Assembly (NCBI GenBank): GCA_964035545.1 | Contig: OZ037769.1 | Coordinates: 2,914,001-2,978,000, forward strand | Direction of reading: 5' to 3' | DNA length: 64,000 bases | DNA from: Bugula neritina | Taxonomy: Eukaryota; Animalia; Bryozoa | Shown: piece after piece, positions 51,401 to 64,000 of the stretch | Layout of the letters: the number at the start of each line of letters is the position of its first letter | How positions within the stretch are numbered: the stretch's first letter is position 1 | The notes under the pieces: model-generated | Databases searched by the model: none | The model's input: the letters and a program-made list of their open reading frames with translations, nothing else | Told to the model about the DNA's origin: nothing | Program-made: the position numbers and the translations under genes

Positions 51401-54314
51401 ACTGCAACCCAGTTTTAATCATCAAGTCCATAATATGGAGTTAATTTTAAACGAACTAGATGAACAGAGGCACACATCAATAGAAATTTGTCTAGTTTTC
51501 GTTTCAATTTGTAATTTCAACAGAAGTTGTGTTTAAACAAAAATATACCAAACTACAATTTACATTAAAAAGGCAAACTTTCAAAAGAAATTGTTGAGGG
51601 AAGCAATTGATGCATTGCAGCATCAGTAGGTAATAGTATTCCTAGAGTGACACAAAATCTGACTTTTCAGACAGAATTGTTTGCTAATTTTAGAGTTAAT
51701 CTCTTCAACACCAGAAGTAGCAATCAGCCACAGTTTAGCTGTACTTGAATTTCCTGGTAGAAACTAGACAGTGATACATCCCTCTCTTGTTGTTAGTAAC
51801 TCTGTATAATATATGTGCAAGACAGCTGAGTGCAGGAGTTGTGCTCCTATTGCAGGTTTAGTGAGCACGTCAGAGAGCACGAACTGCATAGCAGTCCTTC
51901 CACAGTTGCTAAGCGACAACCAAACAGAGTGCTTCCTGTACTTTCACTAAACGATGTCTTCATTGGAGAGTCATTGTCTGCCAGGTAGGCATGTTATAGT
52001 AATAAAAAGAGATGCTTGCACTGAGCTGCACTTTGATATTACATTGATTGGTGTTCATGTCTTGAAACAGCTGTGGGGTGTTAGTCTCCATTTCAGTCAT
52101 AAATCACTAACAGACCATAAAAATCGTATTTTATGATCAAAATGTTTACTTTTCACAATTGTTCTGTATAATTCAAACTGTCATTAGTATACATGCAGTG
52201 ACATCTACGAATAGTTATTATATGATGCAGAGTATCGTACTATGAGCTCTCCATTGACGGTGCCCCAACAGTCGGCCAGAAGAGCTCAGGTCTCACAGTC
52301 TGTACCGGCACTGGTTCTTCATCCTGGCACTTCAACATCAACTGCTTGCAACCTCAGGACATCCGGGAAATTTTGAGGATCGGTAAGTCTGTCTGTGTTT
52401 ACCTGTATACCTGTGTGTTTACCTGTATACTTGCCTCGCTCTCACCTATGTAGTCTGTCTAGCATTCATTGATACTAAATGAAGAGTGAATGAGAAAACT
52501 AAGACCTTCTGGAACAGAGCCAACAGTTTGCTTAAGTAAATGTTGTTCCAATCCAGTAAAATATTCAACTCTTAACCATTGGTGTAGTCAGATGAAGTGT
52601 AGTGACTCTATTTGTATGACTATTTGATGTTTAACAGTGTTGAAGTAAATTTTAAGCTTTTTTAAATATTTAGTGAATTAGATAAACTCATCTTTATTAG
52701 TATTTGGTTATTTTCCAAATTTATTAAACCTCCTATGTACTGCAAAGATATGTTGCTATGAAGTGTCGTAATTTTCTAAAATAAGTTGTCTCCACATTTA
52801 CATAGCCAAAGACAAGACTGATCTGGATATTCCCTACAAGGACAAGGACCTGGTCAGGTGCATCTACTCTAAATTTAACAAGTCTCTCTACTTTTCTCCT
52901 ACTTCTTCCAAAATGGCGTACACAGTTCGAGATCCAGTTCACACTGGCATGTATAGAGTGTCAGAACCTCGTGGCTTTGCTCATCGGTGAGTATATATAC
53001 ACTTACCATATATACTCATATATACACTTACCATATATACTCATAGGTACACTTACCATATATACTCGTATGTACACTTACCATATATACTCATATATAT
53101 ACTTACTATATATACTCATATATACACTTACTATATATACTCATATGTACACTTACTATATATACTCATAGGTGCACTTACCATATATACTCATATGTAC
53201 ACTTACCATATATACTCATATATATACTTACTATATATACTCATATATACACTTACTATATATACTCATATGTACACTTACTATATATACTCATATGTAC
53301 ACTTACCATATATACTCATAGGTACACTTACTATATATACTCATAGGTACACTTACTATATATACTCATAGGTACACTTAATATATATACTCATATGTAC
53401 ACTTACTATATATACTCATATGTACACTTACTATATATACTCATATGTACACTTACCATATATACTCATATGTACACTTACCATATATACTCATAGGTAC
53501 ACTTACTATATATACTCATATATACACTTACTATATATACTCATATGTACACTTACTATATATACTCATATGTACACTTACTATATATACTCATATGTAC
53601 ACTTACCATATATACTCATATATATACTTACTATATATACTCATATATACACTTACTATATATACTCATATGTACACTTACTATATATACTCATATGTAC
53701 ACTTACCATATATACTCATAGGTACACTTACTATATATACTCATAGGTACACTTACTATATATACTCATAGGTACACTTAATATATATACTCATATGTAC
53801 ACTTACTATATATACTCATATGTACACTTACTATATATACTCATATGTACACTTACCATATATACTCATATGTACACTTACCATATATACTCATAGGTAC
53901 ACTTACTATATATACTCATATATACACTTACTATATATACTCATATGTACACTTACTATATATACTCATATGTACACTTACTATATATACTCATATGTAC
54001 ACTTACCATATATACTCATAGGTACACTTACTATATATACTCATATGTATATATATGAATACTTACTACTATATATACTCATAGGTAGATATATGAATAC
54101 TTACTATAATATATACTCATAGGTGTATATTATATATGTAATATTTATAATCCTCATCATCTGGAATCATCTTTTTAGACTAAATATCCGATCTAAGATG
54201 TGGGACGCGTGTCTAGTAATAGATGGAGGCGTGTCATTTCAGTTTAATGATGGCGCTGAGGCTACATTAGAAATGCATGATGAAGATGTGCTGAAGACAG
54301 TGCAGTTAGACTGA
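48431..54314 (+). CDS. NADK2: Mitochondrial NAD kinase 2
   Basis: Basic, Ser/Leu-rich presequence MSVLSLSVLLRPTTQR. Motifs KLTRFEYE, ADLIISAGGDGTFLLGASK, GVNTDPERSEGYLCLP, LNDVFIGESLSAR, QKSSGLTVCTGTGSSSW and IRSKMWDACLVIDGGVSFQFNDGA. Confidence 0.95.
52993..54120. repeat. 25-bp minisatellite, about 45 copies, filling most of the last NADK2 intron from its donor
   Basis: Unit TATACTCATATGTACACTTACTATA with variants, starting right after GTGAGT at 52987. Confidence 0.96.
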
Positions 54315-54649
54315 TTTCCTCTTGTGCTGTTGCCTTTTTTGCCGTCCTTTATCACACCGGGTCAATCAAACATCTATTGATATAATTTGAGACACATTAG
54401 CCTGTATGTATATACTGTATATAGTTTTCTACATAATCATACGCAATACATACTTATAACTAAAGTTCATTTTTTGATATATTGTGTTTCTAAAAGCAAA
54501 GTTGTATTTATTTCATATATGAATCAAAAATATATAATTGTCCTTGTAATTTTAAGAGTTGTCTTTTCGTGTAATTTGTCACTAGTGAAAGATTTTTATT
54601 CAACTAAATTGCTCTATGCTGGATACTATAATATAGGCATTATATAGGC

Positions 54650-54700
54650 ATTTCATAGGCATGTTGATATTATATTATAATATCAACATGCCTATGAAAT
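54650..54700. repeat. Perfect palindrome, 25-bp arms with 1-nt spacer, downstream of the NADK2 stop
   Basis: ATTTCATAGGCATGTTGATATTATA-T-TATAATATCAACATGCCTATGAAAT. Confidence 0.9.
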
Positions 54701-55369
54701 AGCTTTTAGTTCTACTGAAAAACTTTTGCACTTTTTCAGCTGTAGACACCAAATTTTACGAAACATCTTAATGTTTTGCACCAGAAAACTATAGCAGCGT
54801 TTATAAACAATATGCTAAGATGTTAAAAGTAAAATTGGTTACTAGTATTCGGTGTAACACTACTTTGTCCTAACCATCACTTTTAAATACTGCAACTTCA
54901 CAATCAAGATTGTAATTTTGCTTTCAGCAATAAAACTTTAATAAGATAAAGCATTTCTATCATATGTAATATAAAATTTTAAAAACGAGGAAAAGCAATT
55001 TAGTTGTTGAAAATATAACATAAATAGTGTTGACTCAAAATATACATATAAGATACTACATTACATTCTGGTGTATAGCTATACACAAACATCAAGCTGC
55101 ATATGTTTTATTATAGAGGAGAACAGGAGAAAAGTCCTAATATATTAATACCAACTGATCACAAATACCAAAGAAACTGAAATAAATACCATAAAGTGCT
55201 CCTTCCAAATCTCACAAAATTTATTTGGTCATGAAATGGGCTTAAACCCCTGTTTTGTGGCTTATGTATGTGTGTATAGAGACAGAATAGCCAAATTTAA
55301 CAGGTCTGTGAGTTGAATATATGGTTCTACTATGTCACGAATTGAGGTTTTGGGACCCACAGCTCAGTG

Positions 55370-55697
55370 CAGGGCTGTCCAACAGTGGATGTGGCCCCCA
55401 GACTACATTTATGTGGCTCTCTAAGTCATAAAGCTAAAATTAGTTTTCACTTATATACATGAATTAGAGGGAAAAACCACCTTTTTAAATGTCTTATTTC
55501 TACCCATGATACAAAACATGCAGCCTGCAATAACAATTGGGAACTATTTGTGTAATTGTTCTTGGGACTTTAGAATAAAGTAATATGAAAAATATTAATG
55601 CTGCGGCCCTCAGCTGAAGCTGAAGTTTACAATGTGGCCCTTGTCATGGGATATTCTCTTTCAGTGGCCCTCAGTCTGAAAAAGTTGGACACTCCTG
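55370..55697. mobile_element. Older hAT (Charlie-like) MITE
   Basis: TIRs CAGGGCTGTCCAAC / GTTGGACACTCCTG (12/14 match). Degenerate 8-bp TSD GCTCAGTG vs GCTTCGTG. Internal GTGGCCC/GCGGCCC repeats. Confidence 0.75.
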
Positions 55698-56020
55698 GCT
55701 TCGTGAGATACAGAGAGAGTACTGAGCTAGATATCAGAGCCACCATATAACAAGATTTGTTTCAAGTCATCTCTTGGATACATAAACATCTCTAACGCCA
55801 AGTTATCACTCAATCAACTCCTGAACAGCAAGTCTTTGTATGGAAACTTGGCGAGTTGCCAAGTGGGATCTGATGACTTGCGCAGTAGCTGCCAAACACG
55901 CATTTACTAGTAAACTTGCTGCATTGTTGTTATCTATTACTTCGCTAGTCCATCTGTTTTAACTCATCTCTTGAGTACAACAACAGCACTAAGTTCAAGT
56001 TGTGACCCTAAGCTTTGTTC

Positions 56021-56153
56021 CTAACTTTGACCTTTAATAAGACCTACTCGAGAATTGCGCAATTCCTAACTTCAGTGCGGAGCTCTCAAACTATAGACCA
56101 GGGGCTATACCACAGCAAAATATAAATAGGAGTTCTCGTTTTCTGAGTCATTA
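56021..56153 (+). promoter_or_regulatory. TATA/Inr core promoter with upstream DR1 (HNF4-like) and C/EBP-like sites
   Basis: TATAAATA at 56121, TCATT Inr-like at 56148, ATTGCGCAAT at 56054-56063, and CTAACTTTGACCT (AGGTCA-A-AGTTAG) at 56021-56033. Confidence 0.65.
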
Positions 56154-56204
56154 TATTTTGTGGATAGAAGTCAAACTACAAGAACTATTCTACTACTAGA
56201 CAAG

Positions 56205-57303
56205 ATGAAAGGATTGGTAGTACTAACAGTGGTTCTGGCTGTCGTCTGCACCTTAGAAGTAAGTAATAATACTGTTGTATGTTCGCGGGCTATTCTCCGA
56301 AACTTTAAGCTACTAACTCTCTTAGACAGTCACAATCTTTATAGTTTTAGTTTATACTATCACTATCAGTATTGGTGTAAATATTATATCTATAGTATTA
56401 TTTTATAGAATCATTAGCTGATAGTAATAGCTGCACTGTTCTTTGTATTTGTGTACTGCACACTTGGAGGAACGATTTCGAATACTAATTATAAACCAAA
56501 TTATCAGTTATATTTCAAAAATTGCAACTTATTGCATTTTTGGTCTACCTTGCAGGGTGCATCTCTGAGAAAGAAAAGAAGCTGGAATGATGTACTCGAC
56601 TTCTTCGAGGATATGAGATCAAGGTTTGGGGAGTTTAGAGATGAGCAGACCAGGGCTATAGAAAAAGGGGTATTGTGATAACCTTCTCTACGTGATGTTT
56701 AATCAATGTGAACATCATAGGTGTCTTTTAGCTGTTATATGACATACCAAACAAGACAGTTCAAACTTGTACTTTATTATAGTATATGGGTGAACAAAGA
56801 TGCTTCTCTAATAGAAACACCATTTCTAAGCTTGAAAGTATTAACCATTTAAGAAACAACTGAACATGTTCTATCGTTTTATAGCTCTTCTGCCATGCCT
56901 AATTATATACCATAATTATTGAGTATTATATCATGTAATATGCTAGTAATATAAATTAAACCATAGACGTACAACCCTAATGTTAATATATAATTTAATT
57001 TAGAGGATAAGTGTATTGTTTTCACAACCATATTTTATCAATTGTTTTCATTTGTTAGGAGCTGATCATGGTATACTGCTGTACTGTTAATAATAAACAT
57101 AACACACTATTTTGATGTAGCTTCCAGAAGCTAAGGAGAAATTAGAAAATCTGGGTGAAGACGTCAGAAACAGGACCATTGAGGTGTTGGAATCCATGAC
57201 TAATGAAATCAACGAGCTAGTTCAAGAGATGCCTTGCCTGGTGGATTGTGAAGAGGAAACCCCTCAGGAAACATCCACTCAGGAGGACAACTCCAACGAA
57301 TAA
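56205..57303 (+). CDS. Orphan secreted protein, 116 aa; exons 56205-56258, 56556-56669, 57121-57303
   Basis: MKGLVVLTVVLAVVCTLE|GASLRKKRSWNDVLDFFEDMRSRFGEFRDEQTRAIEKG|LPEAKEKLENLGEDVRNRTIEVLESMTNEINELVQEMPCLVDCEEETPQETSTQEDNSNE*. Phase-0 GT-AG junctions, TATA box upstream, AATAAA near 57504. Confidence 0.8.
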
Positions 57304-58407
57304 ATGACCTCAGCTGAATACGTGTGGCTCACCTTGATCAAGGACAATTGACCTGTTTTACTTAACAAGGTCATTTTTATTATTGTTTATGCATTATTTT
57401 TCAACTCTGGAGCGAAACTTATTTTCAAATCATAATATTATGTTTTATATACATAAATGCTGTTATATTAACTACCATTTTTGTCCTTTCAGATAGTAGT
57501 ACCAATAAAACATATCCCAATCGCAAAATTTAATAGCTTTATTTCTTAAAATCTTACGAGTTGTCGAGATAACTAGCCAGTTTAATCTACAGGTCAATCA
57601 AGAACCTGTGGCTATAATTCATCTATAATAATATCGAAAGCATTTGAATGCTTACAAAGCAGAATAATAATAGATGTACTACTGATAATTATTAGTCAAT
57701 AATAATGTTTTATATTATGTATGGTCACAAGTAGAGTTGAACAAAAAATAACAAAAATCCACGTAATTCAAAAGTGTAAGCTCCACTATCAACTACAACG
57801 CAATTTTCTGATACATTTATATAAGTAGTGTTAATTACTGGAACACCATATTTTATAAAGCCGAACACAAATTATGCGACAGATACCTGGCTTTTCATGG
57901 AAAATAACAAAAAGTGTAAATTCAAACATAGAATAATTTGATACCAATATACTCCAACTATCCCATTCTCCTACAACAGTCCAACTAGTAATTCTACAGA
58001 CAAAGGTAATTAAATCATATTTCAAATTAAAATATTTTTGCATGCATACAGGGGGAGATAAGACTGAAAAAGCAAGCTAAATCAATGAGCATAGAGTTAT
58101 AGACCAAAGTTATAACTTCACCCCTCTATAATTATGAAAAAGCTTCATAGATAGCTGCCTGTCTCTCATTGGTCAGCTTCACACCAACTGGTCACATGAA
58201 CAGGTCAAAATGGCACCAAAAAATACTAGCTCAGCAAAAATTATGTTTTATGAGGAATCTAGGAGATAAAAATCATGAAAAAATAGCTCACATGAAAAAC
58301 CAACAGAATCAATAACCCTAGGTGTGATGAAACACTAAGATCTTGGCTATTGCATCATTGTCCCTATCTATATGATTGCATATGTTTATGAGAGGGAGAA
58401 ACGTTAA

Positions 58408-61400
58408 TCACTTGTGTTTTTTGCCATCTGCTGTTGCTTTTTTGGCTGTTTGCTGCCTGGTAGAGATTGTCCGAGACAGCGATTTGCCTGAGGTGGTGGT
58501 TGGTGCAGCTGCCGAGGCTGGTCTTTTCTGAATGCTGAAGCAGTAGATTCCCAAATGTTCACATATTTGGGAGCTGACAGCATGGCTGTAGTGACACAGG
58601 TTCAGCAAGGTGTACACCTGTAAGTAGTGTAGAGTACACTGAGTAGAGTACACTGAGTAGAGTACACTGGGTAGAGTACACTGGGTAGGGTAACTAGAGT
58701 ACACTGAGTAGAGTACACTGAGTAGAGTATACAGAGTAGAGTACACTGAGTAGAGTACACTGAGTAGAGTACACTGAGTAGAGTACACTGGGTAGAGTAC
58801 ACTGGGTAGGGTAACTAGAGTACACTGAGTAGAGTACACTGAGTAGAGTATACAGAGTAGAGTACACTGAGTAGAGTACACTGAGTAGAGTACACTGAGT
58901 AGAGTACACTGAGTAGAGTACACTGAGTAGAGTACACTGAGTAGAGTACACTGAGTAGAGTACACTGAGTAGAGTACACTGAGTAGAGTATACTGAGTAG
59001 AGTACACTGAGTAGAGTACACTGGGTAGGGTACACTGAGTAGAGTACACTGAGTAGAGTATACTGAGTAGAGTACACTGAGTAGAGTACACTGGGTAGGT
59101 ATCAGAGTAGCATATCATATGACAACTCAATCCTTGACATCTTGATATTATGTCTGAATCATAATTTACTGAAACAATTTATAATAATCTGTTTTTCATA
59201 AATATTGACATATCTTGGTACAAGAAAGATGTCACTTGATGATAGCTACTGAGTCACATGTCTAAGCTACAGCCAGTTCACATGACAGTCAGCTAGTAGG
59301 GATGCTGCAGAAATAATTAATATTTTCACCAAATATAACTGTGACTACTTTATTACAACATTATATAACTTTTACAACAATTTTAAATATAAAAAAGCCA
59401 CCCAGTGTGTATTACCCAGCTATCAGAAATATATTATGTTAAACACAGCAAGAGCTTAAGTTGAGTTGAAAGAGAACACTTACTGTGGCTATAAAGAGCA
59501 CGTATTTTTCAGGGAAAAAGAAATCGAAATACTGATTGAGAAAGAGAAGAGCTGGCCCAAAGTATATGCTATCCCAATATGGTAGTTCAGACTTGCACAT
59601 GTGGGCGACCTACAAACATATATTATAACACTATAATACTATGAGAAACCTACAAACATATAATATAACACTATAATACTGTGAGAAGCCTACAAACATA
59701 TAATATAACACTATAATACTGTGAGAAGCCTACAAACATATACTATAATACTGTGAGAAACCTACAAACATATAATATAATATTATAATACTGTGAGAAA
59801 CCTACAAACATATAATATAATAATATAATACTGTGAGAAGCCTACAAACATATAATATAATAATATAATACTGTGAGAAACCTACAAACATATAATAATA
59901 TAATAATATAATACTGTGAGAAGCATACAAACATACAATATAATAATATAATACTGTGAGAAGCCTACAAACCTATAATATAATAATATAATACTGTGAA
60001 AAGCCTACAAACATATAATATAATAATATAATACTGTGAGAAGCCTACAAACATATAATATAATAATATAATACTGTGAGAAGCCTACAAACATATAATA
60101 TAATAATATAATACTGTGAGAAACCTACAAACATATAATATAATAATATAATACTGTGAGAAGCATACAAACACATAATATAATAATATAATACTGTGAG
60201 AAACCTACAAACATATAATATAATAATATAATACTGTGAGAAGCCTACAAACATATAGCTACTATAACACTATAATACTGTGAGCAACCTACCAACATAC
60301 AGTGGTCAAAAATAGAGCTGAATATTATAATACATTAGGTTTATTAAAATAGAGTAGAATTGCCGCAATAATTTTTATAGCATGGAAAATGCAAGTCAAT
60401 GTAACAATATAACATATGTATATACAAGTATACGCCTGCTATATGGTGTAGACACACCCATACACTGTCCAGATACAGTAGTAAGGCTAGTAAATGGTAA
60501 TGTTATGGTGCTGAGACTAAAGAAGTGGACGATACTCTAAACTCAGATGTTACCACCTCATACCAACTTCGAAAAGTTAAACCAAAACAACAATTCATTT
60601 CAGATTATTTCATTATACACTATATTTTCAACTTCAGTGCTTAACATTTAATATAAACTCAAAGTCTAAACATAATGACTTTCTCATCAATACAAAGGTT
60701 GACAGCCATCTGTTTCTCATCACATTATGTTATCAGTTGTCAGAAGCAACTTGTCACCTTCAAAAAACTTGTTAAATGTAATTTACACTTTGTCCAAGTC
60801 AGCAGTTCTGTTGTAAATGTTTATATTATCCATAGGATGCCGTATATTTATATAAACTCAAGGTGAAGGTCGCGGTCAATACACAAACAGATTACATTTG
60901 GCAACAGAGCATCAAAACTATGCAGAGATGCTGAGTGTTGGACATAGTTGAGAATTCATTGAATGAATAATTTGTAATCAATTTCATATTTCTGGGTTAA
61001 AGGTGAAAATGTTTTAAATAATGGCATAACTTCACATTCAATATAAATACACTGCGATAAGAAAGATTGCTAGCTTCACCACTTGCCAGCTCATAAAATT
61101 TAAATTATATAATTGATTTTAGAGTAAAACAACAAATCATATTCATTGAATAAGGATACAACATAAGGCAACTAGATCTATTTATAGCTTATATCAACTG
61201 TGTCACATTAAACTGTGCATCTTTAGAATAGGAGTTTCCTCTGCGAATATTAAAACTTGCACATAAAGATTAAATTATCACTATATTATATAACAAATGC
61301 CGGCTTGTTGCATCACAGAAACTTAATTTTATTTAAAAGCTTGGCGTATGTTACCAGCAAAATTTATTGTCCCCAACACTGTCCAGCTTTTTCATTTAGA

Positions 61401-62635
61401 ACACTTGCTTGAGGTAGGTGCAGTAATGAAGAAATTGTAAAAACCTGTGTTCCAGAATAGAAATGTAGCATAAGAAGCCATGTTCTCACAAGAATTTCAA
61501 CAGGCGCCCCAAACCAAAATTTAATAATAAAATAACCAAACTTGGGCGATCTCAATTTCTCCACCACTGCTCTTAAATGACTTGCCTTTTTGCAATTTCT
61601 AAAATTTAATTACTACTATCTATAGCAAATGCTGTTTTGGTCTATCGCCAACAATGTCCCATTTTTTCATTTTAAACCAATCTATGAGTCATACTAGGCA
61701 GTGTGATGCCAAAAGATCACTTGTTCCTACACAATGCAACCCTTTAGTTGTAGTTACTAAACTTCAGAGTTAAATGAGAATAACACACCCTCCATTACTA
61801 AGAGAATGAATAGATAAAACAAACTTCTACTGAGGAGGGTGCATGCAGTTTCTATGATCTACAGTCTACAGAGTCTATTCTATAGCCAACCACAAACTGA
61901 TAAGGAAATTGATAAAGCAGAAGTGCTGACGTTAAGATCTAGAAAGAAAAGCTGACCATTTGCCCTTTAGAATGTACATGATGTATTCACAACATCAAAA
62001 GAGATTCTTCTAAAGCAGGTCTATATCATTTTCGGAGTAATAAATTAGCAGCATATTATACTACCCATTACCATCTAGTATTGCTAGGCTGCCTACAGTC
62101 ACTACAAGGTATACAGCGCTCATCTTTCATCACAAAACACGTAATAATAACACATTACAAGCTAATTCATTACAAGTTTTTTTCACACAAATGATATGAA
62201 TAAAATGGGCACATTGGTTTGTAAAACATAATGAGTATACGCCTATATACAGCAATGTATGTTATGCCGCATTCAGACTAGGTTGAAACTGAACTGTGAA
62301 TGAGTTTTTGAGGCTAAGCATTAAACTCTGACATCACAGCTGTCTGATTTCTGAACAGTTCACAGTTCAGTTTCAACTGTAGTCTGAATGCGCCAATTCA
62401 GTAACAACATATATCGCATACATAGCTGTTTATTATGTGTAGCAGGGGAGAGAAATATGCTTCCACTCACTATTAATTTGCAGGCGACTTTAGCAAACAG
62501 GAATCCGAAAGTGAACAGATATATACATGGATACTGAGTATATATGTCTCCAGACGGCTCAGACTTTTTGGCTATTACAACGGTTAATGCGAGAACAGTG
62601 AATATCGGAAATACAGGAAATAGCACACTTGTATC
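58408..62635 (-). CDS. Choline/ethanolamine phosphotransferase (CEPT1/CHPT1 family), last three exons; the 5' part is not identified in the window
   Basis: [28 protein letters not shown]|[28 protein letters not shown]..|[24 protein letters not shown]. Ends KKHK*, a KKxx-type motif. Confidence 0.9.
58631..59099. repeat. 14-bp minisatellite, about 30 copies, abutting the last CEPT1-like acceptor
   Basis: Unit AGAGTACACTGAGT. Acceptor AG at 58619-58618. Confidence 0.95.
59609..60290. repeat. About 40-bp minisatellite, about 17 copies, unit includes the CEPT1-like splice acceptor
   Basis: Unit CCTACAAACATATAATATAATAATATAATACTGTGAGAAG. Most copies read ATGTTTGTAG|G on the minus strand. Confidence 0.93.
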
Positions 62636-64000
62636 CTGCCAAATAAAAGAAAATAACAATATTATTAGCCAACAATTTGTATATAAAATGGAAAACAATT
62701 GTTTAATTTCAGCTCTAACACATCAAAACAAATCTTGTACTAGAATTTATTAGAATTAAAAACATGTTGAACCATATCTCACTGATATCCCTTCAAGACT
62801 TACTTACTATTTAAATAAATTCACTGAATTGAATTAAGTGACAATTTGCAATAAATGCAATAATGAAATAAATACAATAACTGCCAACATATTGAGTGTA
62901 TTTACACATTCTATCTATAGCTACATGAAAACAAGAGAAATCAACCAACAACTTGTATTTGTAGCAGTTCCACTACATTAGTTTAAAATAAATTTGAAAT
63001 TACTCTTTCACTTTACAGCAGGGCTGGCTATGTTTATATTAGATAGAGCTGCATGCAGACCAAATCAATTTTCTAGTAAATTTTATTTGTAGGTCTTCAA
63101 TTTATTCATTAGCATTTATTGGGCAATGGGCAACTTCAAGTTATCATAAATCATTGCTGATGTGATATCTGGCAAATATAGCCAACTCCCACCTAGACCT
63201 CTGGCATATATACAGCTTCTTTTTGTTGTTTTTGAGTCACTAACCATTTTTATGTTTTTTATTCAAAATTAGAATATACTGCAATAGCATACTGAACCAA
63301 TAAACTATAATGCAATTTATAAAATAATTGTAATTGTTATGAATTGTGATAGACAATACATGCAGAAGATGCTGTAGCAATAGTAAGAATAAATTTGGTT
63401 ATGTAATCAAATTGAAGTTGATGTCAATAGATGTTTATGCTTGCAGTGACTAATATAGCTGATAATTATGTTGGTTAGTTGTTGAATGGCAGATTAATTA
63501 CTATTATTATTTCCTGAGGACAACTATTGCACCACCGGTTAGAATTAACCCAAGGTGTTTCACTTAAATAATTATGACTCATCTTGATTAGGTATTGAAA
63601 ATAGGCTATTTTAATTTTCAAATGTTCAAAATTTTAATAGGAAGTAACTTAGGTATTATGTGTTTTCAGAGATAGCAGTATATATACCCTGTGTTTCAAG
63701 ATTTCGAATAATCCTGGGACTAATCTTGTATTAATTGTGTTAAGTTACCGAAATTTATTGAACTGAATTAATTATAACTTGACCAAACATTTTGAAAACA
63801 CAACCCTGAAGCTGTACTCAGGTTGTATAAAGCTATATCCTTGCATAAACTAAGATGTTGTTTTTAATATTCTAGCACTTCAGAAATGCAGCTAGACAGA
63901 CTTGGTTAAAAATAAAGAGTATTGTAAAAAGAAGACAACTCTGAAGAAGCTCAAAGTAAGATAACTCCCTATTACGTATTTGATTGACTTGTCATTGAAG

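Noticed and set aside
52971-54122. Tyr/Ile/His-rich ORFs (also 17943-18356, 58602-59130, 60045-60254, 4947-5166)
   Set aside because: Translations of intronic minisatellites. Only 58408-58617 of the 240-aa ORF is a real exon.

Overview
AT-rich, intron-containing animal (invertebrate-like) genomic DNA with 11 spliced protein-coding genes: arylsulfatase B-like (+), EMC2 (-), DNALI1 (+), TRAPPC12 (-), RANGRF/MOG1 (+), an ankyrin-repeat gene (-), ELOF1 (+), ZnT7/SLC30A7 (-), NADK2 (+), an orphan secreted amphipathic-helix protein (+), and the 3' part of a CEPT1/CHPT1-type gene (-). Eight of these form four head-to-head pairs. A young, full-length 7.4 kb Ty3/Gypsy LTR retrotransposon (26849-34291, minus strand) sits in intron 1 of the ankyrin gene, 13 nt from the splice acceptor. 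It has 305-bp LTRs with 2 mismatches, an ATAT target-site duplication, a tRNA-Leu PBS and a PPT. It also carries a candidate -1 frameshift signal and an unusual extra ORF in the env position encoding a C2H2 zinc-finger/coiled-coil protein. Other notable items are minisatellites repeatedly anchored on or next to splice sites, a U12-type intron in ELOF1, a GC-AG intron in ZnT7, two hAT-type MITEs, two tRNA-derived SINE-like relics, two long perfect palindromes, and 3/6-bp periodic low-complexity tracts near the 5' ends of the divergent gene pairs. Gene identities come from my recall of family motifs, not database searches. Internal exon coordinates are approximate unless stated.
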